DNA of 48,388 nucleotides. Origin: an uncultured Candidatus Saccharibacteria bacterium (GTDB taxonomy: Bacteria; Patescibacteriota; Saccharimonadia; Saccharimonadales; JAGQNJ01). The DNA lies in contig CAZNZL010000004.1 of assembly GCA_964577565.1 (NCBI GenBank), forward strand, positions 1 to 48,388. Reading direction: 5' to 3'. The position numbers and the translations under genes were made by a program. The stretch's first letter is position 1, and each line of letters starts with the position of its first letter. This document shows, piece by piece, positions 18,880 through 27,276 of the stretch. Under the pieces are notes generated by a model, which searched no databases, was not told the DNA's origin, and was given only the letters and a program-made list of their open reading frames with translations.

Positions 18880-19338
18880 ATGTCCACACACCGCCATGAC
18901 GGGAATCTGTCTACCTATGACGAGTCCTGGAATCTATCCAAACCACACTTTATAGTTGATGGTCAGTTCAGCCTACCAGACATAGACAATTTTGAGGTCC
19001 ATATATACGACAATGTTAAATCAGGGCATATGAGTAGTAGTGTTAGTGAATTTGACGAACACCCTAGTATTTACTGGCTTATACCCCACGTTATTGCTCA
19101 GGGAAGGCATCACCAGTCAACATCAAAGCACCCCGACCACTTAGCTCGTCTAGCTCAAGGCCACACGGAGGTATATCAACTTGACAATATATACGAAAAG
19201 TTAGATAATGTTAGTTGGTCTGCAGTTAAACCCAATCATAGTATGGTTGTGCCCGTATTTTACCCTTATGATGGCAGACCAAATAAAGCTATTAGCTTTT
19301 ATATCGTGCCCAACCTTCATGGAAGGCAAATTGGATGA
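18880..19338 (+). CDS. IS passenger gene 1, hypothetical (possible toxin/nuclease)
   Basis: His-rich 152-aa ORF; TACAAT 7 nt before ATG 18880; overlaps next ORF (ATGA). Confidence 0.7.
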   Translation: MSTHRHDGNLSTYDESWNLSKPHFIVDGQFSLPDIDNFEVHIYDNVKSGHMSSSVSEFDEHPSIYWLIPHVIAQGRHHQSTSKHPDHLARLAQGHTEVYQLDNIYEKLDNVSWSAVKPNHSMVVPVFYPYDGRPNKAISFYIVPNLHGRQIG

Positions 19339-19622
19339 AAATGAATAAACTTTTAAAGAAACCCAACGACTGGCGTGTTGCGTATAGTCCATATGTCGAT
19401 ACTCTGCATGTTTATCGTGACTTGATAAACAAAAAATCAAAAGAGGAGCTTATAGATAAAGACTATGGAGACTATTTTATTATTTTTGAATCCGATACAC
19501 GTAAGCCACTTCTATTTGAAATGAAATCAGCATCGAGCATATTCGGTAAGATTGATAATATGGATAAAAAGACTATAATTCATAAGGTAGAAGGGTATAT
19601 CAAAAATCATGGACAGCAATAA
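19335..19622 (+). CDS. IS passenger gene 2, DUF2283-like protein
   Basis: YSPYVDTLHV...GDYFIIFE...PLLFEMKSAS resembles DUF2283 pattern (YD..aD.lYi...GiEi..AS). Confidence 0.6.
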   Translation: MKMNKLLKKPNDWRVAYSPYVDTLHVYRDLINKKSKEELIDKDYGDYFIIFESDTRKPLLFEMKSASSIFGKIDNMDKKTIIHKVEGYIKNHGQQ

Positions 19623-19872
19623 ACCAGTCAGAATAACAAACAGTATCCCCGCTATTGTTGCAGACGGACATGGTATTGGTATTAATAATGAGAACAGCGT
19701 TGCTAACCTATTATTCATACAAATAAACCCCAGTCAAAAACCAGAAACAGAATCAAAGGAACTAGAAGGTAGCGTCGTGTCTAATATCCGCCTAAGCCTA
19801 GAGCAACTAGAGAAATTGGGGGCAGATATTCAGAAAACGGTTGTAGACTTTAAGGCATCGAAAAAAAAATGA
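19609..19872 (+). CDS. IS passenger gene 3, DUF3467-like protein
   Basis: LLFIQ...VVSNIRLSLEQLEKL...IQKTV resembles DUF3467 pattern. Confidence 0.6.
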   Translation: MDSNKPVRITNSIPAIVADGHGIGINNENSVANLLFIQINPSQKPETESKELEGSVVSNIRLSLEQLEKLGADIQKTVVDFKASKKK

Positions 19873-19964
19873 ACAAAAAGGATAAACAGGGAAATTCACT
19901 ATCAAAAGATGAGTTCTTTAAGGTCTTGAAGAAGGTTTCTCGCAAGACGAAAAGCAAAAAGTAA
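19869..19964 (+). CDS. 31-aa basic small protein (IS passenger 4)
   Basis: MNKKDKQGNSLSKDEFFKVLKKVSRKTKSKK; ATGA overlap with previous stop; below ORF-track cutoff. Confidence 0.55.
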   Translation: MNKKDKQGNSLSKDEFFKVLKKVSRKTKSKK

Positions 19965-20028
19965 GGGTAAGCACAATTTTACAACACATAAACTATTGTC
20001 TCAGGGGTAGGCATGTGTATAATTATTC

Positions 20029-20184
20029 TTAATCGGGATGCGATCGCTCCTGAGGGACTGAGGCAAAGCAACAAGTTGAGATAGTGCCCTTCATTAGACC
20101 GAAGGAAAAAGTTTTTAAACGTTTATTCTGCACTATCGCCTCATAGCCACATTAGACCTAGGACTGTTAGAGCCTAGGTCTTTT
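20029..20184 (+). ncRNA. Predicted structured small RNA A
   Basis: TTGTCT-16-TATAAT at 19996-20023; stems TGAGGC/GCCTCA, GATAGTGC/GCACTATC, CCTTC/GAAGG; terminator AGACCTAGG/CCTAGGTCT-TTT. Confidence 0.55.
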
Positions 20185-20206
20185 GCGTTACCGAATTTTT
20201 ATACCA

Positions 20207-20305
20207 ACAAAAAACCCCACAATAAATGTAGGGTTGATTGCTTCTTAGACCGAAGGAAAAAGTGCAAGCACACTTCGGAAAGTATGCCGACAAGCTATGC
20301 TTGCT
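20207..20305 (-). ncRNA. Predicted small RNA B, partly antisense to RNA A
   Basis: TTGCAT-18-TATACT at 20340-20311; 5' hairpin; 19 nt complementary to 20094-20112; terminator AACCCTACA/TGTGGGGTT-TTTT. Confidence 0.55.
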
Positions 20306-20421
20306 CTACTAGTATATACACACAAAGTCCGCATATGCAAGCGACTTTATAACTTTTTGTTGACACTTATGCTATCTGTTAACAGGGGTAAAATTACTTA
20401 ACATGTAAACTAACGTATCGC

Positions 20422-21306
20422 TTATGGTTTTGCTACATTACCGAGTATAGACCAGAACATCGGTTGAAAGTCATTGCGGTGGCTATACCTAAATGCATAT
20501 TCATCTGCATAGGCTTGTAGATACTTTGGGTCTACATGGCGGTAAACACCCTTAATACCCCGTTTCATGTTTGACCATAGGTTCTCAACGTTCTGAGTAT
20601 GGGTTGTACCCCTCACATAGTCGCCCTGACTGTGGTTAATGGTCTTATGGGTGTAGCCTTGCCAGTATAAGTTTTTATAGACGCTGTACTGGTCTGTGTA
20701 GACCGTTGCATCCTTCATAGAAACGCTTGCCTCGATAAAAGGAAGCATAGCTCTATTAGTGGACTTACCGATATGTTTTACCTTGGCTTTGCCGTCACGT
20801 TGAACCACACCAATGATAGCTTCACCTTGGTGTTTCCAATTAGGGACTTTTGAACTTGCACGACGCCATTTAGGGTTTGGTCCTATGTATGCTTCATCAA
20901 TTTCGACGTCGCCAGTTAAATTAGTATCGTCATCATCAGCCATCATCTTTCTAATTTGGTGGAACATGCGCCATGCCGTCTTATACGTTACGCCTAGCTC
21001 TCGCTCTAACTGTTTTGCGGAGATCCCTGCACGGGTAGAAGCCATGAGATACACAGCATAGAACCATGATGTAAGAGGCGTTGTGGATTTATGGAAGATA
21101 GTGCCCGCTGTTGGGTGTACGTGATGACCGCACATTTCACATGACCAAGACTTACGGGTCTTCATTCTGTGGTGCGGGGTAATCTTTTTGTCTATCTTAC
21201 AGTAGATACCGTCTGGGTACAGATACTCTTTAAGCCACACTAAACACGCTTCCTCATCGGGGAAGTCGGCACGGAAGTCTGAGATAGTGTACTTCATCTG
21301 TTTCAT
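20422..21306 (-). CDS. IS1595-family DDE transposase
   Basis: N-terminal Zn ribbon (CEMC), TAGTIFH, GISAKQLERELGVTYKTAWRM HTH, VEIDEAY, YTDQY, HTQNVENLWS, YLQAYADEYAFRY. Confidence 0.95.
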   Translation of the reverse strand: MKQMKYTISDFRADFPDEEACLVWLKEYLYPDGIYCKIDKKITPHHRMKTRKSWSCEMCGHHVHPTAGTIFHKSTTPLTSWFYAVYLMASTRAGISAKQLERELGVTYKTAWRMFHQIRKMMADDDDTNLTGDVEIDEAYIGPNPKWRRASSKVPNWKHQGEAIIGVVQRDGKAKVKHIGKSTNRAMLPFIEASVSMKDATVYTDQYSVYKNLYWQGYTHKTINHSQGDYVRGTTHTQNVENLWSNMKRGIKGVYRHVDPKYLQAYADEYAFRYSHRNDFQPMFWSILGNVAKP

Positions 21307-21312
21307 ACTTCC

Positions 21313-21341
21313 ATTATACACCCCTGTTTACCTACTGTCAA
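21313..21341 (-). promoter_or_regulatory. Consensus promoter of transposase, -35 within TIR
   Basis: TTGACA-17 bp-TATAAT, 6 nt before ATG. Confidence 0.85.
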
Positions 21342-21369
21342 GGGATAAGTGCCATAAATAATGTAAATT

Positions 21370-21735
21370 TTACTTCACGTCAATATTGTTATGCTTATCT
21401 TGATTACTGAGCTTAAGAATTTTTATAAGATACAGCAATATTGCAATCCAAATTGCATAGAATACAATATTGAATAGTATTGGCCAGTAGTTCGTTTTAA
21501 TCTGAATGCCCTCTTGCTGTAGCGCCTCAATATAGGCAGTAGTTTCATACGTTACACCAAACGGATAACCACGATAAGTGCGTGGCCCAAATGTTACACA
21601 TAACGCTACACCACTATCAGAACTTATTACCCCACACGTTTCGGTTCGCTTATACAAAAGAGATATAAGTGATAAAGCGATAGCAAGTATTACAACCATA
21701 CATGTAATACGCCTTTTACCCCGAAACTTTTTCAT
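21370..21735 (-). CDS. Hypothetical two-TM membrane protein
   Basis: Two hydrophobic helices around Cys pair and RGYP; ATGA overlap with yebC. Confidence 0.7.
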   Translation of the reverse strand: MKKFRGKRRITCMVVILAIALSLISLLYKRTETCGVISSDSGVALCVTFGPRTYRGYPFGVTYETTAYIEALQQEGIQIKTNYWPILFNIVFYAIWIAILLYLIKILKLSNQDKHNNIDVK

Positions 21736-22442
21736 AATTCGAAGTTTACGTGAGTATTGACGACATCGTCAAGCTCTTCGAGCGCATCCATTAAACGTGC
21801 AATCTTGCCTTGAGTTGCTTCGTCAGTGACTTCTACGATATTTTGCGGTTGATACGTCAGCTCCGCTTCAATAACCTCAAGCCCAGCCGATTGCAAATTA
21901 TCGCGTACCGCGGCAAGCTGCTTGGGGTCAGTAAAGATGATCATTTCACCATCTACCTCTTCTGCATCTTCGGCGCCGGCGTCAATGATCTGTAAGAGTA
22001 AATCTTCTCCGCTACCACGCACTCTAATAACACCTTTACGTTCAAATTGGTACGCAACCGATCCTTTTTCTGCAATGCTACCGCCGTGCTTATTGAAGGC
22101 AGTTTTTACAAACGTGTGCGTGCGATTAGTGTTATCCGTGGCACATTCAACCAAAATACCAACCCCACCTGGGCCGTAGCCTTCGTACATGACTTCTTGA
22201 ATTTGGTCACCGCCAAGCTTACCAGAACCACGATCAATCGCTCGTTGAATATTATTTGCTGGCATGTTGGCTGCTTTAGCTTTATCTATAGCCAAACGCA
22301 GGCTGAAGTTCATATCTGGATCTGCTCCGTTTTTAGCGGCAATAGCGATTGCGTTGCCAAGCCGCGTAAAAACCGCGCCGCGTTTAGCGTCTTCAATTGC
22401 CTTACCACGATGAATCTTTGCCCATTTACTATGTCCTGCCAT
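21732..22442 (-). CDS. yebC: YebC/PmpR family protein
   Basis: MAGHSKWAKI, YEGYGPGGV, TDNTNRT, LEELDDV. Confidence 0.96.
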   Translation of the reverse strand: MAGHSKWAKIHRGKAIEDAKRGAVFTRLGNAIAIAAKNGADPDMNFSLRLAIDKAKAANMPANNIQRAIDRGSGKLGGDQIQEVMYEGYGPGGVGILVECATDNTNRTHTFVKTAFNKHGGSIAEKGSVAYQFERKGVIRVRGSGEDLLLQIIDAGAEDAEEVDGEMIIFTDPKQLAAVRDNLQSAGLEVIEAELTYQPQNIVEVTDEATQGKIARLMDALEELDDVVNTHVNFEL

Positions 22443-22468
22443 CAATTTCTCCTGTTTCTTATCTGTTA

Positions 22469-23932
22469 TTATACCATATTTTTGAGACGATGTAATTCTA
22501 ACCGTCGCCGCTGCGAGATAAATAAGGCGTAACTTATAACTGCTATCAAGATATATAAAACCGTCATTTGCGTTGACGTAATCGAGAATGGTACATTGGC
22601 AAACGGTATTCGGCTGAGTACTTCAGTAAATGAAAGTACGTAATCTAGTGTTAAGCGCGCCGGCACCACCAAAACACCACCAAACACAATAGGGCCAATC
22701 ATGCCGTATAAACCTGCCACAAGACTGGCAAGCATTGCTAACGGAATCATCGGCACAACCAGTAGATTTGCAAGTACACTAATGATTGACAAGCGCCCGA
22801 ACACAAATAGAATTATTGGCAACGTACAAAGCTGAGCAGCCAGGGTTTCAGTTAATGTTTGTGGCAGCAGTTTATCGTGTAGTTTCGGCTTAAATAACCG
22901 TTGGTGCAGCAAAGGCGCAAGCACTAATACCCCGAAAAAGGCTGTAAATGACAAATACCAACCTATGCTTGACCATAGGTATAACGGATTTATGCCAGCT
23001 GTTAAAGAGGCAGCCAATAAAAGTAATACGGTAGGCTTGATGGCTCGCCCAAAATACCACATTACCAAACCAATAGAGCTAACAACTGCCGCTCTAATAA
23101 TTGATGGGCTTGAACCAGTCAGCAGCAAAAACACCAAAATTAAAGTAATTGAAACCACCATTGCTTGATAGCGTGAGCGGCGTTCAAACAAGCGCTTTGA
23201 CGCGTTAATGATAATCGTAACGTTGTACCCCGATACCGCCACAATATGTATGAGCCCTACTATAGTCAACTGATTTTTGAGCTCTTCAGGCAAAGTGTTG
23301 CGCTGCCCAATTAATATGCCAAGCGCGAATGACGCCATAGGTTCAGGAAGGGCATTTTGTAAACCAGCAGAAAACTCTCGCCGTGCTTTATTGACAAAAG
23401 AATTGTCTTTTTTAATCGACGAAATTTGGGCAAATGAAACTCCTGCAACGTTATCACCTCGTTTCGGAAACATTTTGCCCGTTACCTCTACGGTATCGCC
23501 CCGGTAAACCATCGGAACACCAAAACCTTCAATCTCAAGATTACCCACCAGTTTGGCAGGATGGGGCTTGATTAACTGAATATTGGTTGCAGAAAAAATA
23601 AGTTGTCTTCGCTCGCTATAAACAGAATCTTCACGTGCGGTCACGCGTAGCGTAATTGGCCTACCAATATATGTTTGGTACTGATCAACTCGCTCATCAA
23701 ATGCAGAGCCTCGCCATATGCCAAGCAACAAGGCAGCTACTATCAATAAAACAAAAACAGCGCCGTTTTTACGCTTCAATAAAACATACAGCCCAACTAG
23801 GCCTATACAAAGATAAACAATAGTCGTTTGTAGAGCAGTTAAACTAAGCCGCGGTAACGCCAAGCCAAGTAAGAACGTTACTAGAATAATTGACAGTAGA
23901 GTAGTGCGCCTTAGCTGATATCGACCAAACAT
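22469..23932 (-). CDS. comEC: ComEC/Rec2 competence channel (no beta-lactamase domain)
   Basis: GLIHIVAVSGYN, SPSIIRA, GWYLSF, NLLVVP; multi-TM. Confidence 0.92.
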   Translation of the reverse strand: MFGRYQLRRTTLLSIILVTFLLGLALPRLSLTALQTTIVYLCIGLVGLYVLLKRKNGAVFVLLIVAALLLGIWRGSAFDERVDQYQTYIGRPITLRVTAREDSVYSERRQLIFSATNIQLIKPHPAKLVGNLEIEGFGVPMVYRGDTVEVTGKMFPKRGDNVAGVSFAQISSIKKDNSFVNKARREFSAGLQNALPEPMASFALGILIGQRNTLPEELKNQLTIVGLIHIVAVSGYNVTIIINASKRLFERRSRYQAMVVSITLILVFLLLTGSSPSIIRAAVVSSIGLVMWYFGRAIKPTVLLLLAASLTAGINPLYLWSSIGWYLSFTAFFGVLVLAPLLHQRLFKPKLHDKLLPQTLTETLAAQLCTLPIILFVFGRLSIISVLANLLVVPMIPLAMLASLVAGLYGMIGPIVFGGVLVVPARLTLDYVLSFTEVLSRIPFANVPFSITSTQMTVLYILIAVISYALFISQRRRLELHRLKNMV

Positions 23933-23979
23933 CTTGACGCCATAATACGTAGCTAGCGGTAAATAAACAAAAGCGCTAT

Positions 23980-24276
23980 TTAGCGATACATTAACACACC
24001 CGCAACAATCAAAAAGTCAACCATAAACCACAACACCTGCGTAACAATAAATGGACGAAGTTTATGAACAATCCCGTACAGCAGAAAAATAAGTCCAAGC
24101 ACCATAAAGCTAAACCATGTCCACAAGGATATTCCAGAAACATCGCCAGTTGAGTAGATAGCAATTACCTGAGGTACGGCCGTCAAGGGGTGAATGATAG
24201 CAGCGCCACCCATTAAGCGATCAATGACGGTTACATTTTGTTTTTTATTAATGTGTTTGTATATGCGGTATACCAT
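23980..24276 (-). CDS. PQ-loop / SemiSWEET-like transporter
   Basis: AVPQV..IY....VSGISLWTW, three TMs, 98 aa. Confidence 0.75.
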   Translation of the reverse strand: MVYRIYKHINKKQNVTVIDRLMGGAAIIHPLTAVPQVIAIYSTGDVSGISLWTWFSFMVLGLIFLLYGIVHKLRPFIVTQVLWFMVDFLIVAGVLMYR

Positions 24277-24360
24277 TCGCCTAATTATAGCAAAGCGGTC
24301 AGCAACTTAAGGTATAGTCGTGCAACAAAGCTATAACAATATTTTGGCTTTCAGCATTAA

Positions 24361-25560
24361 TTAACGCGGTACAAACGTAAATGCATAGCCAATCTGACCA
24401 GCACGGCCTGCGCGCCCGATACGATGAATATAATCTTCGTATTCGGTAGGTGCTGTGTAGTTAATGACATGGGTAATATCAGCTACGTCAATACCGCGAG
24501 CAGCTACATCCGTGGCCACAAGAATAGTAACATCATTATTCTTAAACTTGTTTAAGGCACGTAAACGTTGACCCTGTGTTTTGCCGCCATGCAGTGCCTC
24601 TGTTTTGAATCCTCGCTCAGAAAGTGTTCGATGCAAACGCTCGACGCTACGCTGCGTTTCATCGAAGACGATTGCCTTAGAAACGCCACGTTGTAGTAAC
24701 AGGTCGTGTAAACGATCGAGCCTGTCTGTGTTGTCATAATAACGAACCACGTCTTGATTAACACTTTCGCTGGCTTTATTCGACTTAATGGCTACACTAA
24801 TTGGGTCATGCGTAAACGTCGTGATTAAACCGCGAACCCGTGAATCAATTGTTGCCGAGAAATAAAACGACTGTCGATCATCATTGACATTACTCAAGAT
24901 CTCTTTCACGTCATTCACAAAACCCATATCAAGCATGCGGTCAACCTCATCTAAAACAACCATGTTGAATCTTTGCAGTTTTAACGTACCGCGTTTTAGA
25001 TGATCTTTAATACGGCCGGGCGTTCCAATGACAATTTGAGGGTTGTAGCGCAGGTCGCGAAGTTGGGCGCCCATACTCGAACCACCTATAAGTAGAGCTC
25101 CATTAAGACGGCTGCCGATTGCCAACTGTTCGCATTCTACTTCGATTTGCTGTGCCAGCTCTCGGGTTGGCGCAATAATGATAGCTGCTGAAGTTTTATC
25201 AGTAATAAGGCGCTGCAACACCGGTAATGCAAATGCTGCCGTCTTGCCGGTACCCGTACCCGCCATGCCAATTACGTCCCGCCCCGCAAGGCCGGCGGGA
25301 ATCGTTTGGTCTTGAATGGGCGAAGGTGTTTGATAGCCCTTTGCTTTAAGATTTGTTTTTAGCATATCTATAAGCGCAAAGTCATTAAAGCTATGCTCAG
25401 GAACATATACTTCAGCCTCGATTGACTGAGCTTCGGCTATAAAGCGCTCAGGGTTAATCGTCTTGGCATTTTTTTTACGATTGTTTGTTGATTTATTAAA
25501 GCGTGATCGTGAAGTTGGGCGCTTTGTAAACTTCGTACGAGACGAATAAGAATAAGACAT
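24361..25560 (-). CDS. DEAD-box RNA helicase
   Basis: PSPIQ, GTGKT, PTRELA, TPGR, DEVD, SAT, ARGID, HRIGRAGR. Confidence 0.96.
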   Translation of the reverse strand: MSYSYSSRTKFTKRPTSRSRFNKSTNNRKKNAKTINPERFIAEAQSIEAEVYVPEHSFNDFALIDMLKTNLKAKGYQTPSPIQDQTIPAGLAGRDVIGMAGTGTGKTAAFALPVLQRLITDKTSAAIIIAPTRELAQQIEVECEQLAIGSRLNGALLIGGSSMGAQLRDLRYNPQIVIGTPGRIKDHLKRGTLKLQRFNMVVLDEVDRMLDMGFVNDVKEILSNVNDDRQSFYFSATIDSRVRGLITTFTHDPISVAIKSNKASESVNQDVVRYYDNTDRLDRLHDLLLQRGVSKAIVFDETQRSVERLHRTLSERGFKTEALHGGKTQGQRLRALNKFKNNDVTILVATDVAARGIDVADITHVINYTAPTEYEDYIHRIGRAGRAGQIGYAFTFVPR

Positions 25561-25703
25561 AGAATCCTTTAGTTTTTAGTTTGTAAACGATTGCTAGCAT
25601 GAATCGAGTGCAAACTTCCAACCCGGATCAATTAAAACAATATATCAATTATAGCATATGCATAATTACATGTCAAACTTCAAGAGTAGCTGTGTCTTGA
25701 GAG

Positions 25704-26300
25704 TTAATTTTTGTTACCACGGTGGAGTGACAATAGGCCAAGGTAAATATGACTCTTGCCATCATTGGTGATTCTTACGGTAAGGTCATCTCGACCCCAT
25801 CCGGTAAAGTACCCAGTACAGTACTGTCCATATTTACCCCAGCGCTCAACACCAAACGAGTCACTTCTATGTACTCTATCACCCGAAAAAGATATTCCTT
25901 TATCTTGGATGATTGCAATTTTCATTTTTCCTGAAGCTGCCTGGTTAGATACTCGCCCAGTAACGCAGGCATAATATTTCTGATCCTTTGTTATACCACC
26001 GGCTTTCCAACGAACACTATCTCCGCCATTGAGACGAGCGACATATTGACCTTGTTTACCGTTGATATTTTTACTCTCGGGTACTGGTACCACTGGATTA
26101 CCCAGCTCATGTACTGCTTTAAACTTGACTGTTGTCGCTGCCGCGCTTTTATATGTAAAATATCCGGCACCTAAAAGTGCAATAAATAAAATCGAAATTA
26201 AAAAACGCACTCGAGGGGATTTGAAATTAATGTTTTTTGAAACCAAAAAACCCTTGTTAGTTGAACTTTTTTTATGTTTGGTTTTGCTTTTTATGGCCAT
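25704..26300 (-). CDS. Hypothetical membrane-anchored/secreted protein
   Basis: Basic N-terminus, TM, beta-rich domain with Cys pair. Confidence 0.7.
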   Translation of the reverse strand: MAIKSKTKHKKSSTNKGFLVSKNINFKSPRVRFLISILFIALLGAGYFTYKSAAATTVKFKAVHELGNPVVPVPESKNINGKQGQYVARLNGGDSVRWKAGGITKDQKYYACVTGRVSNQAASGKMKIAIIQDKGISFSGDRVHRSDSFGVERWGKYGQYCTGYFTGWGRDDLTVRITNDGKSHIYLGLLSLHRGNKN

Positions 26301-26446
26301 TATTAACCTTTCATATTGTTAATACTTATGGTAATAATATCATACAGTTTATATCTTGAAAATTTTTATTTAAATAATGCTGGTAGTGTACGCTCGTAAA
26401 TATGGGGGTAAGATGAGAGTTACTGCAAGTACTATTAGTATAAGCT

Positions 26447-26770
26447 TTATTTATTGCTAGTTAGTTTGCGGTATTCCCGGTAAAAGTCTTCTCTGTCCGC
26501 CTCGTCTAATACTCCTTCTAGTGTATGTCTGTCAATGTCTTTAGTGGGCGAACCAAAGCGGATACCGACTGCATCTACCAATGCAGCGACTTGCGAGTCA
26601 GAAAGCACGTCTAATAGTTCTTGGAAATGTTTCATTTCTTCCGGACCCGCATTGCCGCAGAAAGCATTTGGGCTATGAAATTTGGAGTGCGGTTCACTTG
26701 GAGTAGAAAATATCTCTTTAGCCGTTTTACCAAAGATTTTCTTCACTAGATCATTATTATTTTTTACCAT
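26447..26770 (-). CDS. Hypothetical protein
   Basis: 107-aa ORF downstream of tRNA-Lys repeat. Confidence 0.6.
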   Translation of the reverse strand: MVKNNNDLVKKIFGKTAKEIFSTPSEPHSKFHSPNAFCGNAGPEEMKHFQELLDVLSDSQVAALVDAVGIRFGSPTKDIDRHTLEGVLDEADREDFYREYRKLTSNK

Positions 26771-26852
26771 GATTATATTGTAACCCCAATAAACAAGCCG
26801 TGAAGCGACCTAAGTTCATATTTTCTTATTAGGGTCATCTGTAGGATCAAAT

Positions 26853-27050
26853 TGGAGGGCCCGTCTAGGGACTCGCCCACATTCTGCGGGCCCAGAACTT
26901 CTACCTTGCCAGCATAGCTGCCAGGTGAAGATTCTCTTGCAGAATGCCACAGGCATTCTTCACCCATGACACCCGAGGAGTGTCCTGTGTTCGCAATCTC
27001 AACGAGTCTTTCCAATGAAAAAGCCCGACATTGCTGTCGGGTCTTTTCAT
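26853..27050. repeat. tRNA-Lys-linked structured repeat with duplicated tRNA 3' end
   Basis: TGGAGGGCCC..GGGACTCG copy at 26853-26875; hairpin AGAATGCC-ACA-GGCATTCT shared with tRNA-Pro element. Confidence 0.82.
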
Positions 27051-27127
27051 TGGAGGGCCCACTGGGACTCGAACCCAGGACACCCTGCTTAAAAGGCAGG
27101 TGCTCTAACCGGCTGAGCTATGGGCCC
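27051..27127 (-). tRNA. tRNA-Lys (TTT)
   Basis: GGGCCCA...CCTGC-CTTTTAA-GCAGG...GGTTCGAGTCC...TCCA. Confidence 0.97.
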
Positions 27128-27130
27128 TCG

Positions 27131-27276
27131 TCAGAACCGACGGTCGCCTTCTGCGAAAGTTTATAAACTAACTTTCGTTTCACGCTCTAGTCGCTTCTTC
27201 CTCTCAGTTTTTTATCCAGTCGAGTCGGCCGTAGCCGCTCCTTGGGATAAAAAACTGGGTTAAAGAAACAATCTGA
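27131..27276. repeat. Palindromic element in tRNA-Lys leader
   Basis: CGAAAGTT/AACTTTCG and CAGTTTTTTATCC/GGATAAAAAACTG stems; TCAGA...TCTGA ends. Confidence 0.6.

Larger units (their letters stand above)
18827..21353 (-). mobile_element. IS1595-family insertion sequence with passenger genes (2527 bp)
   Basis: 25-bp imperfect TIRs (19/25) GGCACATATACCC.../GGCACTTATCCC...; 8-bp TSD ATAAATAA at 18819-18826 and 21354-21361; transposase inside. Confidence 0.92.

Noticed and set aside
20031..20184. RNA A as hammerhead ribozyme, riboswitch or retron msr-msd
   Set aside because: No CUGANGA/GAAA core, no recognisable aptamer consensus, no reverse transcriptase in the window
20094..20263. 19-bp direct repeats as a mini CRISPR array
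   Set aside because: Only two copies, 132-bp spacing, no cas genes; better explained as a sense/antisense pair
26773..27166. Three short ORFs around tRNA-Lys
   Set aside because: They read through the tRNA and its repeat element; no protein features
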